Part shown: piece by piece, positions 15,266-28,865 of the stretch
Layout of the letters: each line of letters opens with the position of its first letter
How positions within the stretch are numbered: position 1 is the first letter of the stretch
Position numbers and translations under genes: made by a program
Notes under the pieces: model-generated
Told to the model about the DNA's origin: nothing
Databases searched by the model: none
What the model saw: only the letters and a program-made list of their open reading frames with translations
NCBI RefSeq assembly: GCF_964204645.1
Contig: NC_134025.1
Coordinates: forward strand, 13,082,001 to 13,146,000
DNA length: 64,000 nucleotides
Direction: 5' to 3'
From: Tubulanus polymorphus
Taxonomy: Eukaryota > Animalia > Nemertea

Positions 15266-17071
15266 ATGAGCACAACAGATTGAAGTCTGAAATCATCGCT
15301 ACCCTTCAGTTATGAATGAATACCTGTCCCTGATAATGTCTACTCTTGCCATGCTGAAGTGAGTGATGGTGATTCATGAACCATCACACCCAGCCATGGA
15401 GTATCTAACAGGCAGGAAGGCTGATGAAACAAAACATCAATCATACTGTACAAGCAAATATGCATTAACTGCAACCAACATCTCCAAAATGCCCATTAAA
15501 ACATCCTGTCTGCCTGGGTAACATATCATAACCTTGATGCAATAACGGCCAGCTTGATAGCACATCGCTAATGATATCGATACGGTTATGAAAGGACTTA
15601 GCCGGAAAAGAAAGGACAATTTTTTGTAGCAGATCGGTGGCCACTGTGGTCTTCGCTCTGGTTTCAGATCCCCTTCTATGTCTGTGTCAACATTTCTACT
15701 GAAACTAAACTGTTTGCCATTACTTGACAATTATGAGGGAAAAACATGAAACAAGCCTCCATGATCAAACTAAGTAAGTAATTCATCATACCTATGACGT
15801 GCCCTACATAGATAGCATTATGGCTGACCTGAACCTAATAAACTACTCCCCTGATCAAATATGGCTGCTATAAAGGGTTTAAATACTTAAAATGGCTATT
15901 GTTTTCATTTCTAGAAATACACAGTAACAATTCGGTTCTCAAATCTCATTCATCTAAGCATACACCTGGGAATTGATGAAAAATTGCTTTTGATAGAAGT
16001 CAATCAAAAAGTCATCTATAAATTTCTTAGTGACTAATACATAGCTATTGTGCAGCAATAATTGACGGGACTTATCTCAGAGTTTGGTCACCTTGACGTT
16101 CATTGGAACATACGAAACCATCAGATTCATTTTAGAAGCTCATCTATGTGGGATTTGTAACGAATTTAAAATCAAAACTGGTTTATCATAAACAATATGC
16201 AGGAAAGCATATTCTAACGTATTGATTCTGATGAAAGTTATATCATTTAATCAATGCTAATGATAACCCTTGGGTCAGTCTTGATAAACGCTTTAAGATC
16301 GCTCGACTTTGTTGAAAATGATAACCCTGTTTTTGTTGGATAACAGCCACAGTACCAACTCATTCATTAGGTCACATGCAGATTTCAAGAGATTACTTGT
16401 CTCAAGTCACCTAGAACTATGACCAGCATTGATTTCACCCACAGAAATAAATCATTCTTCAATTTCATCGTTCAGTTCACTTCCTGCCAGGCTACATATT
16501 AACAACCTCGTAAAACATAAATAGACCCGAGCAATTAGTACTCCACATTTCTAAACCTTCTGCTACTCAGCAGGGGCAATTAGCCCTCTCCCTGAACAAC
16601 CAGCCAAATACAGGTAATTATATACTTGATCCACGTTATGACGATGTGTATTTGGAGCTCAAAAGTTCTTTGGACTAGGGGATGAATGCTGACAACAGCC
16701 CATACACTCGGTACTCGAGCTTGACTCCCATTAATTCTATTGATGTAGCTTTATTATAACTGTTATCGATATGCACACTTCAGGGACGGGAATCAAAACT
16801 ACTGCATAAATATGAATGGCTCATGAGTATAAACCAATTATTTTTCTGTGCGATGCAACTTCACTTTCTGCCGAGTCTGTTGTATCTGAACGATAACTAT
16901 ATAATTGAGGACTTTTACCAAATGAAGCTGGCGGCCTTTCGGGCGTATATCGGAGACCAGAAATACCAGTTCATTTCACTTTCACATTAGCCAATTGAGA
17001 AATTCAATTGCAGCAAACAAATGCATCCACATTCCTAATTTGCTTACTACAATGACAAAACACTTCTCTGA

Positions 17072-17100
17072 AGCAGCAGCAGCAGCAGCAGCAGCAGCAG
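17072..17100. repeat. (GCA)9 microsatellite
   Basis: Seen directly. Confidence 0.95.
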
Positions 17101-18585
17101 TGATGATGTTATGGACTAATCGATTGCGTCAATGGCTGATGGTCATTTTTATGTTGCAAAGATTATTCCTCAGGGTCGAATGAAAATCTCGGGAAGTAAC
17201 CATAGGAGAGGTAGTAAGCGCCTCGTGGGTGTACCGCTCTTAATTGCCTGCGTTGCCCTATACAAAGTTGTATGACACTCACCGGGAATTCGTAACAATT
17301 CCTGCAGATGAAATGCTTCATTTCTTGAATGCCATAAGAGAATTAACCGACTACTGTTCTTTTACATAATTCACCACCTATTTCATTCGCATACGCACAG
17401 GTAACACTAGGTAAAACACCAATGACAATTCCTGAATGCGGCTAATTAAGCCTTTTTTGAAAGTTACTTCACCTGGTATAATTAGAATTGGAAATTGAAA
17501 AAAAAACAAATAACCTTATGTAAAAGAAATACATCATTTGTTTAGATAGATTCAAAATACATGCATGTATTCTAGCATAGCATAATACACAGCACATATG
17601 CTGCATATAGCAATAAACTAGGGCCCAAGCAATTGCCTGTAATCAACTGTGCTGGTTTGGTTTTTGTATTGATCAGCGCTGCTATTTTGCTACCTAAACA
17701 GTGTGGCGCTAGCTTATCACCGATTTTATCCCCTATGTTATGATAAAACTGCATCGAAATTCACTTTTCATTACAAATATGCTATGTAGGTACGCTATTC
17801 AAAAATGGCCTGACTTCATATGCCGAGGTGCTACAGACGAATTTGAACCCACGAATAAAAAAAAACCTGACCTAGATACTCGTGCACACAGTCAGGCAGT
17901 CGGCGCTTTTGTTGAAAATGCCTTCAATGGGGTATCATAACCCATGATCATTGCTAATAGCATAATATGCTATATACAAAACAATTATGGTATTAGCCCG
18001 CTATGATATGCCTACTGGTTGTTATTATAGATGCCACACGCTGTAGCCATAGAAAAAATGATGTTTTTCAAATGTGCACAGCTTTATTGGTCAAGAGATT
18101 TGTACTATAACATGACAAACATGAAAATCATCAAGACCTCAAAACACCCCCTCCAACTCGCGCGGATTAGGTATTTTATTCTGAAATCAGTTGCACTTAC
18201 ATTTAGTAATCGTATAATGGATGGATTATACTTAAAGTTGTTGAAAATGATATAACATCCTACCTTTTCCTCGTAATACAGTATCGTAGCTAAAATGGTG
18301 CACAATCGTAGCTATACCAGATATGTGGGGCATTCTATGGCACAACAATTAAATATCGAAATTAAATTCTTAATGAATGAAATCAATGAGGAGAAAATAA
18401 AGTGTCCTGGTTCATGCTTTTTATTCCGCAAAACTAAGCTTGTGTGTTTTTTCAGTAAAAGACAAGAAAATGGCGGCAGATATCGGCTCTTTTTTTTTTA
18501 TTAATGAAATTAGACCTTTAATTCCCCTGGTGGCAATTAGTACTTTTCAAAATATTACGCTTCTGGAATTGATGCTGGTTGTACA

Positions 18586-18619
18586 ACAGCGGCGGCGGCA
18601 GCGGCAGCAGCAGCAGCAA
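18586..18619. repeat. Mixed CAG/CGG triplet tract
   Basis: Seen directly. Confidence 0.85.
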
Positions 18620-21600
18620 CTGATAGTTGAATATAGATGAATTATAATATTACACTCGTAAAATATGAACGATGGTAGAAAAATATCCAGGAAGATTCGC
18701 GATGAATTAGCGCACTTCTGACCGCTTAAAAAATCAAAAACAAACGTATTCTTCACATTCATTTATATATAATAATGATAATAATTATAGTTTCTTTTAT
18801 TACAAATTAGTTATTTCTAAAACCTTTCATAATATACATAACAATATACATGTGTGCCTCGAAACTGAAACATTCTTACAACTTTAAACGGCTAAAGCAA
18901 CTTCGATATAAAGAAAAATATGAGTTTATTTCGTTTACTAATTAACTTGTATTTGAATTGAGGGTCAAAAAATTATAGAAAATTGCTTGAAAATTTGGGA
19001 GATGTACTAAATTACGTCTTATTTATACAAGGTTTCAATTACATAGCTTATACAAAGAAAACTGAAAAAATCACTCAATTTTGAAACTGGCGCAAATTGT
19101 AAGAAAATCTTCGAAATTTTGGAACGAAAACATCGCCTCAATGAATGGCCATTTCGGGGCAATATCACAGAACTGCACATATTTGCAAGATGGCCACCAT
19201 AGAAGGTATGAACCTAAGGCTCACCACATATTTTGACCATTTCTTGCCGATTTTTTGCCATTACAAAAATCGGCAAGACATTGTCGGATCATCGACTTCT
19301 AGTCTGCACACTAGACGACTTTCATGATCTCTCATCATGATCAAATGGCAGTCTGCAAAGTGTATGATGGCATAACTCGTTCTAGCCTTCCATAGGCCGG
19401 TAGAGTCTAGGATACAAGGCTATCAGTCGCTGAACATAAGATATCAATAATTCGGAATGCCATATTCAACATGAAATTCAGGAATACGATTAGGCTAAAA
19501 TCTTGCATTCAAGGGACGGATGGATAAATGATAATTGCCCCATCATCAAGCATAAATGGTAATAAAAGTATAGCTGTAAACAAGCAGCACCAGGAAAACC
19601 AGGAGGGTAGTTCATAGAACCAACAAGAGCAGTTTATCAGCAAAATATGGATCAAGTAACATTACTTACAATAGTTAGAAGCAAATGACTGCTGGTGAGA
19701 TTAAGGTTTTCAATTTATGAACCAAATAGATTTCATAGATTACGTGTAAATATTAAATAAAAACCATTAAAAAACTGCCCTCAAAAGGTCAATGATCATA
19801 ACGTAGATAAATAAGGAATAATGGTATATTTTACATTACACAACAGAATTACACACAATATTCTGACCTCGCAAATAATCCGAGCTCTACTAAGAATCAA
19901 CCCGTTACTGCGATGAGGGAGACGAGTGAGACACCTCATCCTATAATCTAATTTCAAATATGCCCATTACACTAGAAATCAGAAATCTGAAATTTCATTT
20001 CAACCAAGAGATATAACGTTGTAAGACATACAACGATTGAAGAATCAAGGGAAAAGACATATACATACAGGTACGCATGTTTTCAATGACTTACAAGTAT
20101 ATCGAAATGAAATACACACATATATATTTCTATGGCACAAACATCACCATCGATTTTCATTCATCAAAAATGCATAAAGTTTGAGTTAATGTTTATCGGA
20201 TACAAATTAATGGCAGTCTCGTCGGTGTTTGGTCCACACAAATCAATGCTCGGCAGCATTGCATTGTACTACACGATAAAATGTGTCATGGTTCGTTTTG
20301 CTGCACTAGATATATATATCTGGGAGTGGAAGATGTTCAAGTTTGCCGGATAAAACGCCCAAAATGTAAAATCGCATAAACTGCATCCAGCCCCGAATGG
20401 GTTTGAAAGTCCACGGGAAGGAATAACGTCATGATCGGCTCTTAAGATAACTGGAATGTCCACAGCGCACCATGACACACATCTCCGCATTGTACGCTAT
20501 ATTGCACACAAATAACCACACTGAACCAAATCCGATGTAAATGCTTTTTTTGATTTAAAACACAATTTTTAAAATTTCTAGTAACATTTTTAAAGTCATA
20601 GCACGCGCACACTTCTCCTTTTTTAAAATTAACAATTCTCCAATGATTTGATCAGATCCGAAGAACTTTATACTAATTCATCCAGTCCGGTACAGTACGG
20701 TAAATAAAAATCATTCGAAAGTAGCACATTTAATTTCATCCGAACTGCTTGCTCATTGTCATTGTTGTTGTTGTTGCTGTTACCTTTTGTACTGAATTTT
20801 CAAACTTTGCCAAAATGGAGACTATATCATGTGTGTGTGAGTGAGTTTGTCACTAAAAGAGTTCCTCAATAGGTGGCTTATTTCAAGTGGTCACCGGAGG
20901 CGCAGACGGCGTAGTCTTCCAGAGACTGTACTGTTCATGTGTCTGCAATATAAGACACAATGAACTTTAGTAATTTAATTTCAATTGAGTTTTAATACAC
21001 ACTTATAGTACTTGGCCACTGTGGCAACGTATGAAAATTAAGCATGCAACATTTTTCAATTGATCGTAAAATTGATAAGAAATTCAGTCCAAAAATTTGA
21101 TGAAAGCATTACTAAAGATTCGAACATTCAAGCTCCATATCGAATATATACTTCAGGAAGTGGTAGCGTGTTGAAAGATTTGATTGTACACGTATATCGA
21201 AATCAAATCGGCGGCAATCTAATCAGATCAGCGAAATCGTTATCGAATTCCTCATTCTGACAATTGACTCTGTTTTCCCTCATTTTCCACTGGCAACAAA
21301 AAGCATCTTTCATTGAAAAGAAATGGCAATCAAGAGGTACATTAATGGTAAGTTCCAGGCTGCTAACGGCCAAATGGTGCATTGTGATACCAGATGAGAG
21401 TATTTGTTGCCATGGAGCTATGATGCCTTTCGCGAGGTGCACTGTTGGAGTGTGTAGATATTTCAATTATGCAACCTCCGAAAGAGTATGCATATCGGGA
21501 TGCGGGGGAAAGAGTGAATTTTTATACACAATGGCGGCGGTGCAATATTTTCTCGTTTGATAATATATCCGCTCGGTAGGTGACCAATTGACGCCGTAGG

Positions 21601-23394
21601 TTATCCGTGGCTGTGGAATTCCCGGACTTACAACGAAGTGACATTAGCGACATTATCGCAGCAGCCCATAACCGAGTCAAACATAGTTGAGGGAATTCTT
21701 TTCCCCCACTCGCTGTGTTAGTCCCTCGCCAAAGAGCCATGTGCTGTTGACAAGTGCCTCCGGTGAACAAAGAGTGCGACGCGCGGGGGACATTGATCCG
21801 GTAAAGGGGCCTGATGAAGACAATTTCCTCAAGTGTGATTAGTAATGATAATCCATCAACAGTACTACTCAACCATACACCGGCTGATCAACCATACACC
21901 AGTGTGTATGGGGAATTGTATGAAGGAAGGTATACGCACTCGCTGTGTGCCGACTATCATTGGTGGGATCATTGATGGAATTATCGTTCGAGTCATGCCC
22001 ATCAAACGGTGATAAATGAAGCGTAAAATCTACGAACATCTTATTTCTTCCACAGATTTTCATTTTTCGCATTCGTTCATGAAGTCAACCCACCCCTCAG
22101 TGAGCCTTTAATTCCGGTGATACAATTCAATAAGGTCGTATTCAGCATTTGTACTACTTATAATAATCATTTCCTTAACATAAATCACCTAACAATACTA
22201 ACTTGGAACATACTGTATTAAATGCATCAACTGATTAATATTAGAATTATATATTTTCACGTGTTGCGTCTTCAATATGGTTTGTCCTTTAGCAGGCCCA
22301 CTAGGGGTGCTTCATCTAGTTTATATAGCTATTCTTGTTAAATGGTTTTATCAACTAAATTCATGTCCCACTTAGTATATATAAATACATGTCCACAGAA
22401 ATAAAGTTCTTCCCAAGGTTTTGGCACACAAAAGTCAAAGAGAACATGTTTGTGTGACGTTTTATGCTTCACCTATTTGGTGCATTCAAAAATTTCCTAA
22501 GCCCATTATTAGAAGCCAGCCAACCTGTATTTGCAAAGCATGCTATGTAACTTTTAACTTGCCTGTATACAAAAACATCACAACAGCAACATTTACCAAA
22601 CAAGCCGCTCTGAGGTGACTGACAAAAGGTTTATTCAACACACAAGTGATCATCATAAACAGTATAAACAGAGAAAAGACCACAGACTGTCTGTCGACAT
22701 GAAATCCAACTCCCTCCTGGCCAAGATGATCCTACCCTGCCGGAGTCCTATTGGTGACCATGGGCATGGAAAATGTAATAATAACAACTCGCATTGAAGT
22801 CAAAGACGCTATTATATTATGCCGAAAAGAACCTATGGAATACGGGGACCTAATTTCAAACGACTGTACATAAGGCATAAAAAGCAAGTCACTATTAGTT
22901 TTCTTAAGGGCTCAATGTAGGCCTACGTATGAAAACTAAACAGGCAAGAAAAATGTGCGGAGAAATGACGATTCATAGGATGAAAACTCATGTGTATCAA
23001 CCAGAACCAATGATTTAACGAGCTGAAGCAAAATCAAACGCTCACTGCAAAAAAGTATTCGTCCAGTCATTGTTGCCATGGGAAACAATTAAACTAAGGA
23101 TCTGGCAAAGCCATTGTAAATAATCTTTCAGTCAGAGCAGGAAGGGGGACTTAAAATGTGTAGAAGTATCAAGACTACCAAGCCAAGAGATAACACCATC
23201 TGAAAAATAAATTCTGACCATCCTATGTCCCAACCTCCGATCATATTTTCAAATGCATTGCGCTAAGAAAGCGATAAAGTAAATTTCATTGAAACAAAAT
23301 ACTGCAAACACGCTATGTTAGAGAAAATCAATAATCAATACTTTTTTAGGACGCATCAATGAAAAAAAGAACAAAATTTATATGAGGTAAATAC

Positions 23395-26300
23395 CTGGTC
23401 TTGTCCGTGGTCCAATCCGGGATTTTCAGATCCACTAGATGATTTACTATTTATTCCTTCTCGTTCATCAATCACCAGATCTATTGGCATTTTTCCTTTG
23501 AGGCAGCTTATATACCGATGACAGAAATTGTCACACAATTCGTGCACCTGAAGGATAAAAATATCCAGAAAAATTCAATTCAAACGACAAATCACTGCAA
23601 AAGTATACTTTTGTAATAAAGGTCTCTTATGAATGACTTCGGTGAAATTAATCGAGTTCTCGAAATCCCAATTTTTCAATAACAAAAGCCATCAAGCAAA
23701 CAGATCATACTATTACAACCAGCAGGTGTTGTACTCATGAGAGAAGGAGAATAAAGCTTCGCTTTGTACTAACTGTGCTTGAGTAATAATCACTTTATTA
23801 GAGGGAATTTATTAAGTTAACACCGCTGCCATTTATAGGGTTATCAGAAAACCATAAATCTCAAAAACTAGGTGGGCAGGGTAATAATTGTGTTTGCCAG
23901 GTCAGACTGACCAAACCTGTTGCTGATTAGCGGCGAGGTCATAAAAGTCACCCTTGACAGGGTTATGAGGGCATAAACGTCAACACGATAATAACTGAAC
24001 ATAACCCGGCAGTCCTCAAATGAGTCGGCCTGTCAGACAAAGTGTGAAATTATGCTATCAGGCAACATGCTGGACATCAAATCGTGATATATTATCAACA
24101 AATCATAAATTAATGTGAGCAGCAGTTTACTTTAATTTATGACAATTCTCTTGTGTACGAAATATTTGACAAATCAGATCAACACTCTTGAACAATTGAC
24201 AACCATTTTAATACGAAGTTGTCTATCTAGTACCTGTGCCCTCCCCTGGTAGATTTAAAATATGGGGCAAAGAAAAATTCAAATACTTATAAATTGAATC
24301 GCAAAAATTGTGGCAATGTTTGATATTTGAAATACAATTGATATCTGAAATCATTATAAATTCCCTAAGCTTATTGAAATATTCCATTCTATTCTATACA
24401 CGGCTTGGTTCCTTCCAACTACCCTCAGTCCAGAAAAGCTCTGAATTTTTTGCATTTCGCGCAACCTTTTTCACGGGATTCTATGTTGTTAATAACAAAT
24501 GTAAAGCTATGTAGCTAAAAGGTACAGTTAATTTCTAAACAACATCCCTGGCTATGCTCATTTACAACCCAGATTCAAAAAAATATATCAACACAGTATA
24601 TAGAAATGAATAACTACACAGCTTTAATATGAATTCAAGACAACGCAGTTTAAGTGTCAGTTTAAGTGAATACATGTTCAATTACAAGCTGATGTCTTGT
24701 AGTAACCTAAAATTGCCATATTGTGTCTGATGTAACCATTTCTGATCATTCAAATCAAGGTGTATTTTTACATTTGAACATTTACCCAGGGTTCCGAGCT
24801 TACATATTACTGTAAATAATACCGAGAGTCCTAAGTAACAGGATAACAGACCAACTGGTTTTAATTAGCCTGGCATGCTGCAATCTTTCTATTTGGGTCA
24901 CATTTTCTTGATAAAATCCACTGAGGGTTAGGGTTCACAAACATGTACCGGTATATGGTTCGAACAATGCATATATACACATAAGCAAATGAAGAATTCA
25001 ACTTCCTCTATAATGGGAGAAAATAGACATCAACTCCATTTAGTTCTCAGACAAATGAAATTATCAAAGAAAAGGCAGAAATACTTGGTTATATCCATTG
25101 CTTAGAATAAAGTGACAACGAAAAAAATGGTCCTACCTTTTCTAGTTCTAAGAGATGAAATCTCAACACTTGTATGGCTTGTATCATCTGGAAAGTGAGA
25201 CACGATGAGAGAGGTTAGTGAGAATATGACAAGATTAACTGGCGATCGCTTCTCAAGTATAGAGTGCTTCGACGCATCCTGACATTGACATCGATGTATG
25301 GAACGCTAATGGGATTAGTTTTACCTCCTAACTCGCCCGAGTGGCTCTCTTTTCATCATTTTCTACACATTTTAGAATCTATTTCTACTAGAGCTAATGT
25401 GCCAATTGTCGGATGAGAGATCCGAATTTTTCTTCCGAGTAGCAATTGACTGCACAAAGTAGTTGCACAATATTGCCAGCGATTTAATCTTACGACTAGG
25501 CTTCATTAAAAACTATTCGCTGCTATTTTTTTTTCAGCTCCCGCGCTTTTCATGCCTTTTGTTCTAGCCAGCTTGCGACAGTCTTCCATTGTTTAAAGAA
25601 TGTCCAAGATGGTTTTTTTCACTGATTTGTTCTGCACATAAGACCTCCCCGTGCCATTAGAATAATTTCCATAAGTATTCTAGCCAGTTTGTTTATGTTT
25701 TACAGATTTATCTGTATATGTCTGTAGCTAGGAACAGATGCATAAACATTCTTCTACCTTCTGATGCTAGTTCTAATATTGCAATGTTAGGATACATAGG
25801 GTACTACTTTACCAAAGCAACCAGATGGCCACAACAAAATGACCACTGGTATTTTTGAGAAGTTTTGAGAAAGGAAAGATATTCTGAACAAATAGAAACT
25901 AAATATTCCTAATGGGAAGTTCTCTCGATGGTCTTACAAAAAATAGAATCATATGAAAAAAGTGTATATTTACCAATCCATCCAATTCTGGATTTGCTGA
26001 GAAAAAAGGCTTTTCCTGTCGTGCCTGGTGGAATATAAAATGTAGATTAAATTATATCTAGTACAAACACGGAAAAAAGAAGACTTTAAATGTGAGTTGA
26101 AATGCATACTAATCAGTCCATATTTTAAGCCATCTTTATTGCTAAATGTTACGAGCAACTATAAGGCATTTATTTACATGTGATAAGTGATACCATATTG
26201 CTGATACTGCATAGATATCTCAATGACAATAGTCCTCTATGATATGCTTAAATAATTTTGATAGTAGAATAACATGATAAACAAGACAAATAATATGGCA

Positions 26301-28498
26301 ATCTACATGAGAACAAGTTTCCAGCCATTTATACTATAGCCTAATTCTAATAGAACAGGATGAAATTTGAATGATTGTAGGAGTTGTAGGAGTTTTCGGC
26401 TCTTAAAATAGACTTCAACATCCAGGACATCCAGATGAATTTCAACCTATGGCCAACAGATGTAAGATAAAAATGTATAACCAAAGAATCCTATTCAGTC
26501 CTAGAAAGGTCTGATCACAATGGGTTGGTCAGCTGGCTTTTGTTAGTGATGAAATTTGAGCCAAGCATGCCTGAGCTATGGGGAGAGCAATCTTGTAGGG
26601 TTTTTTCATGTCTATGGAAATGTGTAAGGGAGGGAGACAAGATACATCGTTTCAATTGAGAATATTTAGCTTGCATTTTGTCATATCAGAACATTATTAC
26701 AATTGGCAAAGATGGCCATAATTGCATAAGAAAAGAATCGCAATATGAATGTACGGGTGACTTTTACCTAGTAAGGGGGCTTTCAAGCTAAACAGTGACT
26801 CAAGTGTTGCTAATTCAGTTAAATAACTCCAAGGGCAAGCAAAGGGATTTACCCCCTGATGGGAGCTTACACACAAGCTATTCGCAATAGAGACAAAACT
26901 AACAGCGGGGTTGACAGAAGTTGTGCAGTTTTTTTTAGCAAAACTATAAGAGGCACAAATGATATTTTTTGTTTGTTTTGTGATTTTTAATCGATGGATT
27001 ACCATTACCTGTTTTGAGAATACGGCTATATCCTCGTTGAAAGACTCTGACGAACAAACATCCCCGCCAGCTACACCAGGATCCCGTGGCGTGCATGTGG
27101 CTAATTCACACTTTTCAAATATTAGAGCTAATAAAGGAAATAAAGGATGCCTGAAATAAAACCAGAATACTGTTAGATAATATTTGACAATCAATTACAA
27201 TTATATTACTACATTTTATTTTTAAAAAAAACAACATTTTTTCTCTCATTTTATGGTAAAATCTAAATATTTGTCTTCATCTCATGAATTTATCACAAGT
27301 AGTTGTACTTAAGCGAGATGACCAAATGAAATGAATTATCTTTGATGTAATTCTTACTGTATAGTATCTATAGGGGCCTACAATGTGCATGTAAGTAATC
27401 AAATTGTATATAAAGTTAGTAGCTGAATTAATCAATTTAATAACCGTATTGCTAGCCATTTTACAGTCACTTAAACGCTAAAGCACATTTTATATGGCCT
27501 CCCAGCGAAAAACGAAATCGAAAGTGACAGGAAAGTGTTGGATAATAATGTTAAATACCACTGATGCTAAATGATCTAGTTGGACAAGCTGATTACTCTA
27601 CTGTCAAGTTTCATTTCGACCTCAGCTCCGCGGTGGTTTGTTTATGAATTTTCAGACCACGTGGAGCAGCAGTGCAGAGGTGCAGGACAACAGCATTTGC
27701 TATGGACAACTAACATAGATTAAGCCTATTTGAAGACTAATGAATTCTATATTGTTTTACAATTGTAGTTCGGCGCCTAATGCTGACCTGATATCTAGAT
27801 TTATCCTTGAAAATTTCTACTGGGATATGCTATGATTTCATTTTTGAGTTGACTATCAATATCCGATGATATTAGATTCTTGATTATATGGATCCAAAAA
27901 CCAGAAACACTTTTGAGTTAGGCTAATGGAAATAGTTTGGTAATTCAAAATTCTAATTGTGTGGGACTCCTTCAAAGGGCTCTTTAGAAACCGTGAGATC
28001 TGCAAGGAATGCCGCCGAGAGAATTGATAAGAAGGCAACAATTTCTAAGATAGTAAAGGAAAGCACACTGCGTTCACTATATACACGCTACTTACCCGTA
28101 TATCGAGTCTTTATCACGTTTTAACTGACTATCTGGTTGCGTTGAGGTCATAACACTCGGCATACTGCTGTTACTCGAATACGGCGAGTACTGGTGATGT
28201 AAACTCGGAGGGCCGTGGTTTAAACCCGTGTGTCCGGCAGAAAGATGCGACTGCATCGACCGGTTATGATGGGCGGCAGCGTGCGGGTCGTACATCGAAT
28301 GTCCATCCATATTCGTCGTCCCGTAATGAGGGATCTCATTGTCGTACTGAAAAACACCAACAGGACGGGGGTTATGAGGTTACAAGCCCGGAGAAAAATT
28401 ACGGAATCTTCTCGGTCCATCCCATCGAGAAAGCAACGCTTGACAGATATGGTAAATTAGCTCTACCCCTGAAATTTCAAACTTACCCGTTGCGCCAT
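23395..28498 (-). CDS. Meis: Meis/homothorax TALE homeobox gene, coding exons 1-6 (Hth-Meis/MEINOX domain); homeodomain exons not found in the window
   Basis: Exons with GT-AG sites and consistent phases: 28498-28487 (MAQR), 28346-28096 (YDNEIPHY...KRDKDSIYG), 27150-27009 ([22 protein letters not shown]...[18 protein letters not shown]), 26024-25974 ([17 protein letters not shown]), 25187-25137 ([17 protein letters not shown]), 23547-23395 ([30 protein letters not shown]...DQ). Sequence and exon layout are those of the Meis/Hth family. Confidence 0.97.
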
Positions 28499-28778
28499 AC
28501 AAACGCAGCGCTGAAACCTCACGCACACGCGAAAATCGGAATCAAATTAACTTGATTAATTAATATCCTATGTACTAAAGCACAAATTATCCGGGTAGAA
28601 TTGCCTGCGTCTATAGAACATATATAATCCACAGTGGAATATTCGAATGTATAACGTCCCGTCAAAGATGGAGAGAATTGTCAAAGTGAATACATCATTC
28701 CGGCGGCGTCTCCCATCAACATTACGCCAGGTTTAACAAGTAAACTGTCGAAGCTCGTGGTTCAGCCGACTACTAAAT

Positions 28779-28865
28779 CTGTCAATCATCGACGTTCGTA
28801 ATTTTATGACGACTCAGTGGAGCGCGCCATTTTTATGTGGGCTGGCTTCCGAGAATGATTGATGG
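28779..28865 (-). promoter_or_regulatory. Meis promoter/5'UTR motif cluster (Pbx-Meis, Pbx-Hox, Hox/Cdx and YY1-like sites)
   Basis: TGATTGACAG (minus, 28779-28788), TTTTATGAC (28802-28810), CGCCATTTT (28825-28833), TGATTGATGG (plus, 28856-28865), 280-370 bp upstream of the ATG. Confidence 0.5.

Noticed and set aside
15437-15730. 97-aa minus-strand ORF as Meis exon 7
   Set aside because: No similarity to the Ser/Gly/Pro-rich exon 7 and no compatible splice phase.
251-20490. Numerous 60-143 aa ORFs in the ORF track
   Set aside because: No recognisable domains, mostly non-ATG starts and random composition; intronic background.
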